DNA of 61,630 nucleotides, filler included, from 6 parts of 6 records of this genome joined end to end with filler, not necessarily neighbours in it, one strand, 5' to 3'. Shown: positions 44,045-54,340, counted from the first letter of the whole stretch. Notes: generated from the sequence alone by a model not told the origin. A program made the numbers and translations.

Positions 44045-45958
44045 ATGGAACGTCTTGTCAACGAATCCCGCACACTCACGCCGCCCGACGCATTACGCGA
44101 AGCGGCTGTGATTCAGGATTACGAAGCTCTCTACCTGCATTCAATCAGCTTTCCCGAGCGCTATTGGGATAGTGTGGCACGTGAGCTGACCTGGTCCAAG
44201 CCCTGGTCAAAGGTCATGAATTTCACCCCACCGCGCCACGAGTGGTTTGTGGAAGGCCAGTGTAATATTACGGTCAACGCCCTTGACCGGCACGCGCAGG
44301 GCAATGATCGCAACAAAGTCGCTCTGATCTGGACCACGGAAGATGAGACCGAAGAGCTGATCACTTACGGCCGCCTGCTGCGGCGCGTCTGCCAGATTGC
44401 CAACGCCATGAAAGCGTCGGGCGTGCAGAAAGGTGACCGCGTGATGGTCTACATGCCACAGTCGCCCGAGGCGATAGCCACGATGCTGGCGTGTGCACGC
44501 ATCGGCGCGATTCACACAGTAGTCTATGCTGGAATGGGTGTCCAGGCCGTGCGCGCGCGCATTATCGACGCGCAGCCCAAGATGATTTTCTGTGCCGACG
44601 TCAACTACCGCGCCGGCAAACTCCTGCCGCTCAAATCGATTGTTGAAGCCGCCTGCGAAGATTTGGACGGCATCGAAAAAATTGTCGTCTTCCGCCGTCA
44701 GAAGCCACAGATTGAGCTAATGTCGCAGTTGGAAATCGATTTCTTTGAGTTCATCGAACATCAGCCACAGTGGATTGACGCTGAGGTGATGGAAGCCAAC
44801 GACCCGCTCTGTATTCTATATACCAGCGGAACAACCGGCAAACCCAAGGGCGTGGTGCACGCACATGGCGGCTACATGGTCGGGACTTACAACCTGGCGC
44901 GCACCTTTTATGATCTGCGACCTTCGGACGTCATCTGGTGCACATCCAATATCGCCTGGATTGTTGGTCACAGCTATATCGTCTACGGCCCGCTGCTCTG
45001 CGGCGCTACCGCGCTGGCACGTGAAGGCAGCCTGGACTTCCCCAACACAGATGTTGTCTGGCGCAATATAGAGCGGCATGGCGTCAACATCCTGTTTACG
45101 GTGCCCGCTGCGATTCGCAAGTTCATGCGCCGCGGTGAAAAGACCGAAGCGGCACTCAAAAAATTCGATTTGTCCAGCCTGCGCCTGGTGGCCAGCGGCG
45201 GGCAGCCGCTCAACCCCGAAGCGCAAATCTGGGCCCAGAAAAATATGCTCGGCAATCGCGGCCACGTGATTGACAACTGGTGGCAGACGGAAATCGCAGC
45301 GCCCGTACTCGGAACACTGCCCGGCATGACCGCCAAACTCGGTAAAGTCGGCAGACCAATGCCGACCGTGGTTGCCAACATCGTGGATGAAGACCATAAT
45401 ACCGTCGATCCCAACACCAGCGGACGCCTTGTCCTGCGCCGACCGGTGCCCTACATGATGACCGGCATCTGGAATAATGACGAACTCTATCGCGGCTACT
45501 GGGAGGAGATCCCCGGTTTCTACGATACAGGTGACGTCGCTTTTTACGATGAGGACGGCTATTTCTGCGTCCTTGGACGCCACGAAGACGTCGTCAACAT
45601 CTCGGGCCACAGCATCCGCGTTGCCGAAGTGGAATCGACACTCATGACGTACCCACAGGTCAAGGAAGCCGCAGCCATTGGGCTGCCCGACGACGTCACC
45701 GGTGAACAAATGATCGCCTATGTGGTGCTGCGCGACGGCGTGGAACAACGCGAGAAATTAGAGCAGGTGCTGCGTGACCACGTGCGCCGTGAGTTGGGGC
45801 CGATTGCCACGCCACGCGAGATTCTCTTCCGCAGCGGCCTGCCGCGCAACAGCAACGGTACAATTATGCGCCGCCTGCTGCGCGCCGAGTCACTCGGCGT
45901 CGATCCAGGGGACACGACTGCAATTCAATTTTCAGAACAGCGCGATAGTGCGAGCTGA
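44045..45958 (+). CDS. Acetyl-CoA synthetase-like protein with degenerate catalytic motifs
   Basis: Acs architecture (CARIGAIH, YTSGTTGKPKG, WIVGHSY, WWQTE), but A10 reads PRNSNGTIMRR instead of PKTRSGKIMRR. Confidence 0.9.
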   Translation: MERLVNESRTLTPPDALREAAVIQDYEALYLHSISFPERYWDSVARELTWSKPWSKVMNFTPPRHEWFVEGQCNITVNALDRHAQGNDRNKVALIWTTEDETEELITYGRLLRRVCQIANAMKASGVQKGDRVMVYMPQSPEAIATMLACARIGAIHTVVYAGMGVQAVRARIIDAQPKMIFCADVNYRAGKLLPLKSIVEAACEDLDGIEKIVVFRRQKPQIELMSQLEIDFFEFIEHQPQWIDAEVMEANDPLCILYTSGTTGKPKGVVHAHGGYMVGTYNLARTFYDLRPSDVIWCTSNIAWIVGHSYIVYGPLLCGATALAREGSLDFPNTDVVWRNIERHGVNILFTVPAAIRKFMRRGEKTEAALKKFDLSSLRLVASGGQPLNPEAQIWAQKNMLGNRGHVIDNWWQTEIAAPVLGTLPGMTAKLGKVGRPMPTVVANIVDEDHNTVDPNTSGRLVLRRPVPYMMTGIWNNDELYRGYWEEIPGFYDTGDVAFYDEDGYFCVLGRHEDVVNISGHSIRVAEVESTLMTYPQVKEAAAIGLPDDVTGEQMIAYVVLRDGVEQREKLEQVLRDHVRRELGPIATPREILFRSGLPRNSNGTIMRRLLRAESLGVDPGDTTAIQFSEQRDSAS

Positions 45959-45960
45959 TT

Positions 45961-47106
45961 GTGGCGGGACCACAGAAACACGGCAAACCCGCCGGGCGGC
46001 GTAACTCCAAAGAGCTGGAAATCCGTCTGCGGCGACTGTTTATCGGTCGCCAGCAAAATGGCAGCGCCGCCGACATCGTCGAGACTCCAGCGGCAGCGTT
46101 TGAACTCTCGACGCCACCACGCATCCTGCTCCTGCGCCAGGATAAAATCGGCGACGCGCTGATTTCGATTCCGCTGATGCGCGCCCTGAGACGCGCACTC
46201 CCCACCGCGCGTATAGATGTGATCCTCGGCACAAAAAACCGCGCGATAGAACCGGCCCTGCGTCGTTATATCGACGACGTGCACATCTACCACAAGCACA
46301 TTCTGAAACTACCGGCATTCACTCGCAAACTGCGCGCACGCGCATATGATGTGGCGATTGACCTGATGGACAATCCCTCAGTCACATCGTCAATCCTGCT
46401 GCGCCTCTGCGGCGCACGTTTTCGGCTGGGAATCAACAAAGACAATGCCGCCGTCTACACACATCTGGTGCCGCCGCGCGACCGCAGTTCGGTGCACATA
46501 GTTGAGCGTATTGCTCAGCTGCTCCTGCCGTTTGGCATAGATCCAGACGCCGCCAACCTCAAAATGGAGTACCCGCTGCATGACGGCGACCGCGCTCTGG
46601 CGGCTGAGCGCCTGGGCACATGCCGCGGCAAAATCCGCCTGGCGGTTAACCTGGCGGGCGGAAGCCCCACGCGTTATTGGGGCCGCGAGAATTTTATCGG
46701 CCTGCTGCAGAAACTGCAGCAGGATCATCCCGAAGTAGAAGTGATGTTGTTTTCCGATAAACAATACGCAGCTGAGCAGGCCAAAATCGCCGAGGCCGTC
46801 GCTGCCAGGCGTGCGCCGATTGTTTCCAGCTTTCACGAATTCGCGGCTATGCTTTCACTATGTGACGCGCTCTTCACTCCCGACACATCGACTGTGCATC
46901 TTGGGGCTGCATTTAAGCTGCCGCAGGTGGCTCTCTACCTGCATCGCGTCAAGACCTTGCTGCCGTGGACGCCGTACGGCACGCCGCATATTGCGCTCAC
47001 AACAGATGCGGCCCAACTTTCGTCTATTGCCCTCGGCGACGCACAGGCGGCGCTGGATCAACTGCTGCAATCACATTTTTCTGACAAGCTCCGTACAACA
47101 TCTTGA
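45961..47106 (+). CDS. Glycosyltransferase family 9 (heptosyltransferase-like)
   Basis: RQDKIGDALIS, RAYDVAIDL, TPDTSTVHLGAAF. Confidence 0.88.
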   Translation: MAGPQKHGKPAGRRNSKELEIRLRRLFIGRQQNGSAADIVETPAAAFELSTPPRILLLRQDKIGDALISIPLMRALRRALPTARIDVILGTKNRAIEPALRRYIDDVHIYHKHILKLPAFTRKLRARAYDVAIDLMDNPSVTSSILLRLCGARFRLGINKDNAAVYTHLVPPRDRSSVHIVERIAQLLLPFGIDPDAANLKMEYPLHDGDRALAAERLGTCRGKIRLAVNLAGGSPTRYWGRENFIGLLQKLQQDHPEVEVMLFSDKQYAAEQAKIAEAVAARRAPIVSSFHEFAAMLSLCDALFTPDTSTVHLGAAFKLPQVALYLHRVKTLLPWTPYGTPHIALTTDAAQLSSIALGDAQAALDQLLQSHFSDKLRTTS

Positions 47107-48944
47107 AGCTTTTTCTCCGCGTCCTCCACTTTGCCCGGCCCTTCCGCGCACTGTTTGTCCTGACAATCATTGTTAATGGTCTGTACGCTGCAACAACCGC
47201 AGCGTCCGTAGCGCTCATCAACCTCGTAATGCGTGTGTTTGAAGATGAGGAAACGCGCAGCCAGGCATTGGCGGGGGTAGCCGGCGCAGCGGGCGCCACT
47301 GGTGAAGTTCCAGGTTTTCTCAATGAAGTGGTTGAAGAATCCTTCAATGCTCTGTTTGAATTGATTGATTCCGGGGACACAGTAGACACACTGCTGAATC
47401 TTAGCGTCCTGATCCTGTCCATATTTCTGATCAAAAATATCTTTAAATACCTGGGCGCTCTGGTGAATGTGCGCCTGGAAGAAGGTATTATCAAGTCGAT
47501 CAGGGATCACCTATTTGGCCGTATGAGTTCACTCTCAATGGACTATTACAGCAAACGCAAAGGTGGTACACTTATCTCGCTCGTCACGAACGACGTCAGC
47601 CAGGTCAACCAGAGCATTACACCAACCATACTCTCATTTACACGCGAGCCAATTGAGATTGTGATATATCTGGGTCTGCTGCTTGGATTGTCACCTAAAC
47701 TTACTCTGATCGCCTTCAGCACCAGCATCCTCAGTCTGATTCTGATCCAGCTTTCGACGCGATATCTGCGCCGTTATGCCACAAGGATGCAGGACGCCAT
47801 GGCGGATTTCACAAGTGTACTGCAGGAAATGATCGGCGGAATCAAAATCGTCAAAGCTTTCAGTATGGAGAAAACTGCGCGCCGGCAGTTTGAGAGCCAG
47901 ACCAGTCGATACGTAAACTCTTCCATCAAACATCGCAAGGTCATCGCGCTTGTGCCCGGCGTCAGTGAGTTGTTTGCGATTGCATCACTTTGCGCTGTCC
48001 TCTTCGTTGGTGGTGGTGAAGTCTATGCCGATGAGATGCTCGCACGTGATCTGATAACTTTTCTGATCTTGCTCTTCTCAATCATGGGGCCAATTTCTCG
48101 CATTGTTAAAGTGCCGACGCGCATCCAGCGCGGGCTCGTGGCCGCCGAGCGCGTCTTTGCAACGCTCGACCTCGAACCGACTGTCAAGGACGGCGTGCAG
48201 ACAGACAAAAAGTTCGAACGCGAAATCAGCATCGAAAACATCGGCTTTGCCTATAACGACGACGCCGTGATTCGCGACGTAAGTTTTAAACTGGAACGCG
48301 GCAAAAAGATCGCATTTGTTGGCCCCAGCGGCGGCGGCAAATCAACGATGGCCGACCTGCTGATTCGCCTCTACGACCCGCAGTCCGGCGCCATCAAACT
48401 CGACGGGCTCAACATTCGCGATATCAAACTCGAAAACTACCGCTCACTGTTTGGTGTTGTTGCGCAGGAGCCGACGCTGTTTAACGACTCGGTGGCCAAC
48501 AACATCCGGCACGGCCGCCCCGACGCAAGCGATGCGGAAATTGAACAGGCCGCACAGATTGCAAACGCAGCTGAGTTCATTGAGAAATTGCCCGAGGGTT
48601 ATAACTCGTCGATTGGCGACCGTGGCACGAGCCTCTCCGGTGGCCAGAAGCAACGCCTGGCCATTGCGCGCGCGCTGGTGCGTGACCCCGCGATCCTGAT
48701 TTTTGACGAAGCGACTTCGGCCCTCGACTCCGAGTCCGAAAAGCTGGTGCAGGACGCCATCAACCGCGTCCTCAAGGACCGCACCGCCGTGCTGATAGCA
48801 CACCGCCTCTCAACCATCATTGACGCCGATCAGATTTTGGTCTTTAAGGATGGGCAGTTGGTCGAACAGGGCAACCACACTGAACTGCTCGAACACAATG
48901 GTGTTTACAAGGGCCTCTGTGATGTCCAGTTTGTGACGCAGTGA
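47103..48944 (+). CDS. ABC exporter, MsbA-like
   Basis: TM domain plus GPSGGGKST, LSGGQKQR, DEATSALD, IAHRLST; TTG start overlaps the GT9 stop. Confidence 0.92.
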   Translation: MKLFLRVLHFARPFRALFVLTIIVNGLYAATTAASVALINLVMRVFEDEETRSQALAGVAGAAGATGEVPGFLNEVVEESFNALFELIDSGDTVDTLLNLSVLILSIFLIKNIFKYLGALVNVRLEEGIIKSIRDHLFGRMSSLSMDYYSKRKGGTLISLVTNDVSQVNQSITPTILSFTREPIEIVIYLGLLLGLSPKLTLIAFSTSILSLILIQLSTRYLRRYATRMQDAMADFTSVLQEMIGGIKIVKAFSMEKTARRQFESQTSRYVNSSIKHRKVIALVPGVSELFAIASLCAVLFVGGGEVYADEMLARDLITFLILLFSIMGPISRIVKVPTRIQRGLVAAERVFATLDLEPTVKDGVQTDKKFEREISIENIGFAYNDDAVIRDVSFKLERGKKIAFVGPSGGGKSTMADLLIRLYDPQSGAIKLDGLNIRDIKLENYRSLFGVVAQEPTLFNDSVANNIRHGRPDASDAEIEQAAQIANAAEFIEKLPEGYNSSIGDRGTSLSGGQKQRLAIARALVRDPAILIFDEATSALDSESEKLVQDAINRVLKDRTAVLIAHRLSTIIDADQILVFKDGQLVEQGNHTELLEHNGVYKGLCDVQFVTQ

Positions 48945-49128
48945 GTTATGCGGTCTGCTGGTTTGCCTGCGCGTGCCTTGCACCGCTCCGATTCAACTGC
49001 AAGAGTGATTTTTTTACCTGCTAAGATGGCGTCAAATCTGGCTTAAGCCCGGCATGCATCAAAAATGCTTGCGTAAAATCTGCAGGAGTCGGATATTTGC
49101 AATTCCTCCGACCAAATCTGGCCGGAAT

Positions 49129-49211
49129 GGAGGGTTCGCATAATTGGTATTGCAGCGGTCTTGAAAACCGCCGGGCGCAAGCCTGTGGGGGTTCGAGTCC
49201 CTCACCCTCCG
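49129..49211 (+). tRNA. tRNA-Ser (anticodon TGA)
   Basis: Acceptor GGAGGGT/ACCCTCC-G; anticodon arm GCGGT-CTTGAAA-ACCGC; long variable arm; T-loop GTTCGAGTC; CCA not encoded. Confidence 0.95.
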
Positions 49212-49617
49212 CTCTTTGTTCTCTGGAGTTCTCTGCGACTCAAATCTCATTCCACCGGCCGGGCTGCTCGATTCTTTGGCGCCTGGCAGCTTCTGAAGTC
49301 GAACGCTCCCTTACGCGTTATTCTGGCCGGCCGTCAGTCGGTTCTATTCCAAGCAAAATTCTCTCTGCGTCGCGCTCTGTGCAACTTTTGCGCCCCATGG
49401 GCCTCTGTCCCAGGTGACGGCAAGCTGTTTCTAATTCCCTACGCATACAGCGCAAAACACATCATACTCGCTGAAGCAGCCTAACTGAAAACATATTTTG
49501 ATGCCTTGGGTTCGCCGCGACTTATACGTCGCTCCGCATCTTTCCGGACACCGCTTACGTGCCACGCGATGCTGGATCAGCCCAAGCCGCACCTACTTTT
49601 CTGAAAACGAGGTAATT

Positions 49618-50466
49618 ATGAATTGCACTATGCGCTGGTTTCGAATGCTTCTGATTTTGGCATTCTCCTCCGCCGTTTTTGTTGCATGTGACGATGACGA
49701 CGACAATCCCACAGATGGTGGTGGTGACCCTGTCGAAGGTGATAACTTCCTGCCGCTGACGGCCGGCACTTATTGGGACTTTGATGTCGTTTCCGTTGAC
49801 GCCGCTACCGACATGCCAATGGAAGAAACACGCCATACACAGCGTGCTACCGTTGGAGCTACTGAAGACTTCCAGGGACGCTCCTCAGCCGAACTTGTCT
49901 TCGTCCGCCAGGATAACAACGAAGAAGATAGCCGCCTGCGCTCTTCCAAAGATGAAAATGGCGATATCTATCAATATCTGGACCTCTTCCCTATCGATGA
50001 ACTCGATCTGACTGGTTTTCCCGAAATTGACCTACCAATCGGTTGGTACCTGATCGCCGATCTCGACAATTCCGGCCAATGGGAACTCGACCGCGCGACC
50101 GTACCAGAATTTGATTTCCCCGTACCGAACCTGCCAGTTGTAGCTAAAGTTTCCGGCGAAATCATTGCAACCGCCGAACGCGGCACAAGCAAAAATTACA
50201 CAATTGATGGCGCAACGGTGGAAGCTCAGGAATACATCATTACGGTGAACCCTGAGTTAACAATTAGTGCTACGGTTGGTACAGCACCAATTTCAGCACC
50301 GCTGAATGGTGACGTAGTTGTACGCATATTCTTTGCCAACAACATCGGCATTGTTGAATACACCAGCGACCCTGTTGTTCTTTCTGTTAACGTTTTAACA
50401 GAGCAAACTTTGGCAGAACTTCCCGGCACACAGCGCCTGATGACAGGTTATTCCATCGCCGAATAA
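49618..50466 (+). CDS. Hypothetical lipoprotein
   Basis: Lipobox FVA-C followed by acidic DDDDD; FLPLTAGTYW and FANNIGIVE motifs typical of Bacteroidota beta-rich lipoproteins. Confidence 0.75.
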   Translation: MNCTMRWFRMLLILAFSSAVFVACDDDDDNPTDGGGDPVEGDNFLPLTAGTYWDFDVVSVDAATDMPMEETRHTQRATVGATEDFQGRSSAELVFVRQDNNEEDSRLRSSKDENGDIYQYLDLFPIDELDLTGFPEIDLPIGWYLIADLDNSGQWELDRATVPEFDFPVPNLPVVAKVSGEIIATAERGTSKNYTIDGATVEAQEYIITVNPELTISATVGTAPISAPLNGDVVVRIFFANNIGIVEYTSDPVVLSVNVLTEQTLAELPGTQRLMTGYSIAE

Positions 50467-50505
50467 GAAGTTTAGCTCTCAACAATTTGAGACGTAGTTC
50501 TTACG

Positions 50506-50538
50506 AAGCCGCTTCCATTTTTTGGGAGCGGCTTTTTT
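50506..50538 (+). terminator. Rho-independent terminator
   Basis: AAGCCGCTTCCA-TTTTT-TGGGAGCGGCTT-TTTT. Confidence 0.85.
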
Positions 50539-50820
50539 GTTTAACAACTGATTATTCAGTGGTGTGCGGTTTTAGCATGGACTTTGTAGATTAACTTTAA
50601 GCTGGCGACCAACTGACTGGCCTTACACTTTCAACTGACTTTCTTGAGCGCCTGCGCCCCCTCACCTGCGGTTTGTGGCTAGCTTGTTTGAATCTTGTTT
50701 TGCACCGCACCACAAGTCAACAGCTGCTCAGCCTGCCGCAAAACTCAGATCCTGCCATGCCACAGTAAACAAGTGACGGCAGCCCCGTGCATTTCCGGCT
50801 CACAGCCCTCAGGGCTGTGA

Positions 50821-50920
50821 NNNNNNNNNNNNNNNNNNNNNNNNNNNNNNNNNNNNNNNNNNNNTTAATTAATTAANNNNNNNNNNNNNNNNNNNNNNNN
50901 NNNNNNNNNNNNNNNNNNNN
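50821..50920. other. Artificial contig spacer
   Basis: N44-TTAATTAATTAA-N44. Confidence 0.98.
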
Positions 50921-50921
50921 A

Positions 50922-51245
50922 TTTGAACCCGGAGAGGCGGGCGGCTGCCAGGCGTTTTTCCTGTTCCGAAACGAGGCTGGCAAAAGCTTTGAAGGCTTCG
51001 AGATGAGCCTTGCCATTCTGGATTCCCAAGGGGTGATTGACCGGCTTTTGTCCATTGACGCGGCCCCCCTTCCGATTGAACGCACCACGCTCAAACTGTT
51101 TGCGATCCCGGAGATCGCCTGCACAGATATCTCTGAAATCCTGCTGCACGATATCACGACCTGTAAACCGCAGAACGAGGCCGAACTTGATTGTTTTGCG
51201 TTCCTCAAACTAAACAGCAAGACATCCACAAAGTTGGTCAAATAA
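50922..51245 (+). CDS. Cys-containing exbBD-associated hypothetical protein, 5'-truncated
   Basis: Frame is open from 50922 (FEPGEAGGCQAFFLFRN...DSQGVIDRLL...C...C...C); stop lies 3 nt before the exbB-like gene. Confidence 0.7.
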   Translation, partial: FEPGEAGGCQAFFLFRNEAGKSFEGFEMSLAILDSQGVIDRLLSIDAAPLPIERTTLKLFAIPEIACTDISEILLHDITTCKPQNEAELDCFAFLKLNSKTSTKLVK

Positions 51246-51248
51246 CCG

Positions 51249-51872
51249 ATGTTTGGCTTGCTTGAAAGCATCGGAACCGGCGGGCCTATCATTGCCGTAC
51301 TGATTGTGTTGTCGGTGTTTTCCCTGACTTTGATCGCTGTGAAAACCCTGCAACTTTGGCCCGTCACTTCGGGTGCGGACCTGCGTATAAGTGCGATTGA
51401 GAAATATGCCGCCGGGGATGTTGCAGCGGCCACATCACAAGCCTCAGGCGGTAAGGCGCCCGCAGATCGCGTTCTGAGCTATGCGATGCAGGCGTTAAAG
51501 GATGGGTATTCCGGCCCGCCTTTGATGACTGAACTGACCCGCCGCGGGAACGAAGAATTTGCCCAAATGAACAAGCAAATCCAGTTTCTGGAACTCATCG
51601 CGATGATTTCACCGCTGATTGGCCTGCTTGGCACGGTATTGGGCATGATCCAGTCCTTCCAGGAATTGGAACTCGCCCAAGGCGCGGCCAATGCCTCCGT
51701 GCTGGCGGGCGGCATTTGGCAGGCGCTATTGACCACCGCCGCTGGCTTGCTCGTCGCGATCCCTGCGGCGGTCGGGGCGTCCCTGTTATCGTCCCGTGCA
51801 GAACGCGGGGCGCAATGTATCGAAGGGGCCATCGCGCAGTTGATGTTGGTCCACGAACATAACCCAAAGTGA
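51249..51872 (+). CDS. MotA/TolQ/ExbB proton channel protein
   Basis: SPLIGLLGTVLGMI, GIWQALLTTAAGLLVAIPA. Confidence 0.93.
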   Translation: MFGLLESIGTGGPIIAVLIVLSVFSLTLIAVKTLQLWPVTSGADLRISAIEKYAAGDVAAATSQASGGKAPADRVLSYAMQALKDGYSGPPLMTELTRRGNEEFAQMNKQIQFLELIAMISPLIGLLGTVLGMIQSFQELELAQGAANASVLAGGIWQALLTTAAGLLVAIPAAVGASLLSSRAERGAQCIEGAIAQLMLVHEHNPK

Positions 51873-51882
51873 GGCGGCAGGC

Positions 51883-52323
51883 ATGACCGATGATCCTGCC
51901 CAACTGCTGCACCGGCCCAAACGGCCCAAGGCCCTGATCTCCATGGTGCCGATGATTGATGTGATGTTGATTTTGCTGATCTTTTTTATGGTCACATCAA
52001 CCTACATCAATCTGGACATGATCCCGGCGCTGGAACGCAGCGCCGATGCCACTGCCGACCCGCAGCCAACGCAGGGTGATGGAGGCGGCGTTTTGATGGT
52101 GCGGATCGCGGCTGATGGCACCCCCACCATACGCGGACAGGCCTACGCGCAAACCGATCTGGAAAGGCTTTTTGCGGACCGCATTCGCCAAGATGCAAAC
52201 CAGCAGGTGCTGATCCTGCCCTCGGGTTCTGCCAATATGCAGGCGCTGGTTTCAGTCATGGATACCGCCACCCTATCTGGCGTCACCCAATTGCAAATTG
52301 TTCGATTGGATGCCTCGCCATGA
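51883..52323 (+). CDS. ExbD/TolR family protein
   Basis: MVPMIDVMLILLIFFMVTS with the conserved TM Asp. Confidence 0.9.
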   Translation: MTDDPAQLLHRPKRPKALISMVPMIDVMLILLIFFMVTSTYINLDMIPALERSADATADPQPTQGDGGGVLMVRIAADGTPTIRGQAYAQTDLERLFADRIRQDANQQVLILPSGSANMQALVSVMDTATLSGVTQLQIVRLDASP

Positions 52324-52736
52324 GGTTGGCCCGCCGCCCATCCCGCGCACCGCCAGAAACCATCGTGGCCTTGATCGATGTGGTCTTTTTTCTGTTGGTG
52401 TTCTTCATGCTGATTGGCCGTATGGATGCCACAGCGCCTTTCGACGTCACCCCACCAGTGGCCGTTACCGGCGCGGATATGCCTTCAGGTGGAATGACCG
52501 TTTCGGTCTCTGCCAAGGGTGCATTGGCCCTGGACGGTCTTGCCGTGACATTGCCGCAACTGGACACGCGCTTGAAGCAAGCCTTGGCCGACGCCCCGCA
52601 AACCCTGGTCCGCATCAACGCCCACAGCACCGTGGAATTGCGCCATGTCTTGCCCCTGCTCAGACGGATCGAAGGATTGGGCGCACAAGAAATCGCGTTG
52701 GTTGTGACGCCCGAACAGCATGATGCAAACCGATGA
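52320..52736 (+). CDS. Second ExbD/TolR family protein
   Basis: IVALIDVVFFLLVFFMLIG with the conserved TM Asp; ATGA overlap. Confidence 0.9.
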   Translation: MRLARRPSRAPPETIVALIDVVFFLLVFFMLIGRMDATAPFDVTPPVAVTGADMPSGGMTVSVSAKGALALDGLAVTLPQLDTRLKQALADAPQTLVRINAHSTVELRHVLPLLRRIEGLGAQEIALVVTPEQHDANR

Positions 52737-54319
52737 TGCGGGGCGGGGCACTTTGGGGCGCAGGGGCGTTGACCTCACTTGCGGCGCATGCCGGCGCGGC
52801 GGCTCTCTTGGTCTGGGCCATCAATCCAAGCCCGGTTGAAGATCAGCCAAAACCGCAAACCAAATTGAACATGACAACATATCAGGTGGCCCGCAGCCAG
52901 GCCGTTGAGGCCACGCCGGACGTGGCCCAAGCGCAGCAAAGCACCGCAGATGCCCGTACACTTGCGGCCTACGGTCCTGCGCTGCAACGCGCTCAGACGA
53001 TGCAGGCCAAGCCCGACAAAGCCGCGCAATCCCAGCCAAAATCGCTTAAAACACCGCAAATTACAGCGCCATCAACACCGCTGGCAAACGCCGCTGATCA
53101 GTATACAACCCACATTGAGCAAGGCCAGACCTCGCCCCCGGCCAATAAGGCGCAGCCCCTAGATTTGCCGACCACCGCGCTCGTGCAATCCCTATCCGTG
53201 CAAAGCGACGTTCAGCCCGTATCACTGGTGGCAGCCGCGCCGCAGACCATTTTTGCCGCTGTGGTGCCCATCCAAGCGATCGTACCGCAGCGCCCCGCCA
53301 ATGAAACGGCCGCATTGGTCGTGCCAGCGACATCAGCGGCAGTGCCGCCCGCGCAACTTGACCCGCGCCCTGCCCCCGCCGCTGTGTTGCCAAGCGTCAC
53401 CGCCACAACGGAGGCCCCGCAAACGGTCACAAGCGCCGATGTGCCTCTTTCGGCGAACCCTGCCGCCACGTTGGCCCTGCCCGCATTCAAAGCCCAAGCC
53501 AAACTGGCCTTCGCTGCATTGGGCGGCGGATCGGTTGATCCGGTTTCACTGGCCGCTTTCCAAAGTTTCATGCAACCGGGCGATCTGGATGGCGCGTCGA
53601 ACAGCGTCAAAGACGACCTCGCTTCGGTGATCGGCGGAGTGCCGTGCTCTCGGGTGCAAGTTCGGTTTGACCCTTTGGACAATGCGCTAATCGTGTCGGG
53701 CCATGTGCCGCAAGACGCCCTGCGTGGATCAGTGCTTCAGGCGATGCAGGACAAAATGGGCGCTGATATTCCGGTGCTGGACAACTTGCTGATCCTTCCC
53801 AGCCCCCAATGCGGCGCCTTGGCCGGCATTGCCGGTGTCGGCCTGCCCCAGTCCACCGATCAGATCACCAATCCGCTGTTGGTGGGCGATGACACGCACG
53901 CCAAGGAATTTCGATATGTGGCGGATCAACCGATGGTATTGACCCTTCAGGGCGCGGATTACGATGCCTATGTTTACGTCGACTATTTTGACGCCGCGGG
54001 GAACGTCCTGCACCTGCTCCCCAATGCTCACACGCCGATGACACGCGCCCCAAAAAAATCCGCCATCAAGGTCGGATCGGACCGCGCATTACAGCCCGGA
54101 GAGCCGGGATTGTTCTTGAAAGTTGGCCCGCCCTACGGTCAGGAAATTGCAGTGGCTTTTGCCGCATCTGTGCCGCTGTATGAAGGGGTGCGCCCCCTGA
54201 GCGAGCCTGCCGCGCCCTATCTCGATTGGCTTACGGACAAAGTGGCCGATGCCAGAGCGGCACATCCAGACTTCAAAGGCGAATGGGTCTATTTCTTTGT
54301 GTCCACCTCGGCCCAATAG
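52733..54319 (+). CDS. TonB/TolA-like membrane anchor + Pro/Ala linker + C-terminal DUF4384-like domain
   Basis: TM with SxxxH (TSLAAH); about 220-aa low-complexity linker; Cys-pair domain; YVYVDYFDAAGNVLHLLPN...VGPPYGQE pattern. Confidence 0.8.
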   Translation: MMRGGALWGAGALTSLAAHAGAAALLVWAINPSPVEDQPKPQTKLNMTTYQVARSQAVEATPDVAQAQQSTADARTLAAYGPALQRAQTMQAKPDKAAQSQPKSLKTPQITAPSTPLANAADQYTTHIEQGQTSPPANKAQPLDLPTTALVQSLSVQSDVQPVSLVAAAPQTIFAAVVPIQAIVPQRPANETAALVVPATSAAVPPAQLDPRPAPAAVLPSVTATTEAPQTVTSADVPLSANPAATLALPAFKAQAKLAFAALGGGSVDPVSLAAFQSFMQPGDLDGASNSVKDDLASVIGGVPCSRVQVRFDPLDNALIVSGHVPQDALRGSVLQAMQDKMGADIPVLDNLLILPSPQCGALAGIAGVGLPQSTDQITNPLLVGDDTHAKEFRYVADQPMVLTLQGADYDAYVYVDYFDAAGNVLHLLPNAHTPMTRAPKKSAIKVGSDRALQPGEPGLFLKVGPPYGQEIAVAFAASVPLYEGVRPLSEPAAPYLDWLTDKVADARAAHPDFKGEWVYFFVSTSAQ

Positions 54320-54340
54320 GTTCGGCGGATCATCATTGGC

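Noticed and set aside
49129-50820. tRNA-Ser as an island integration site
   Set aside because: No integrase and no convincing duplicate of the tRNA 3' end downstream.
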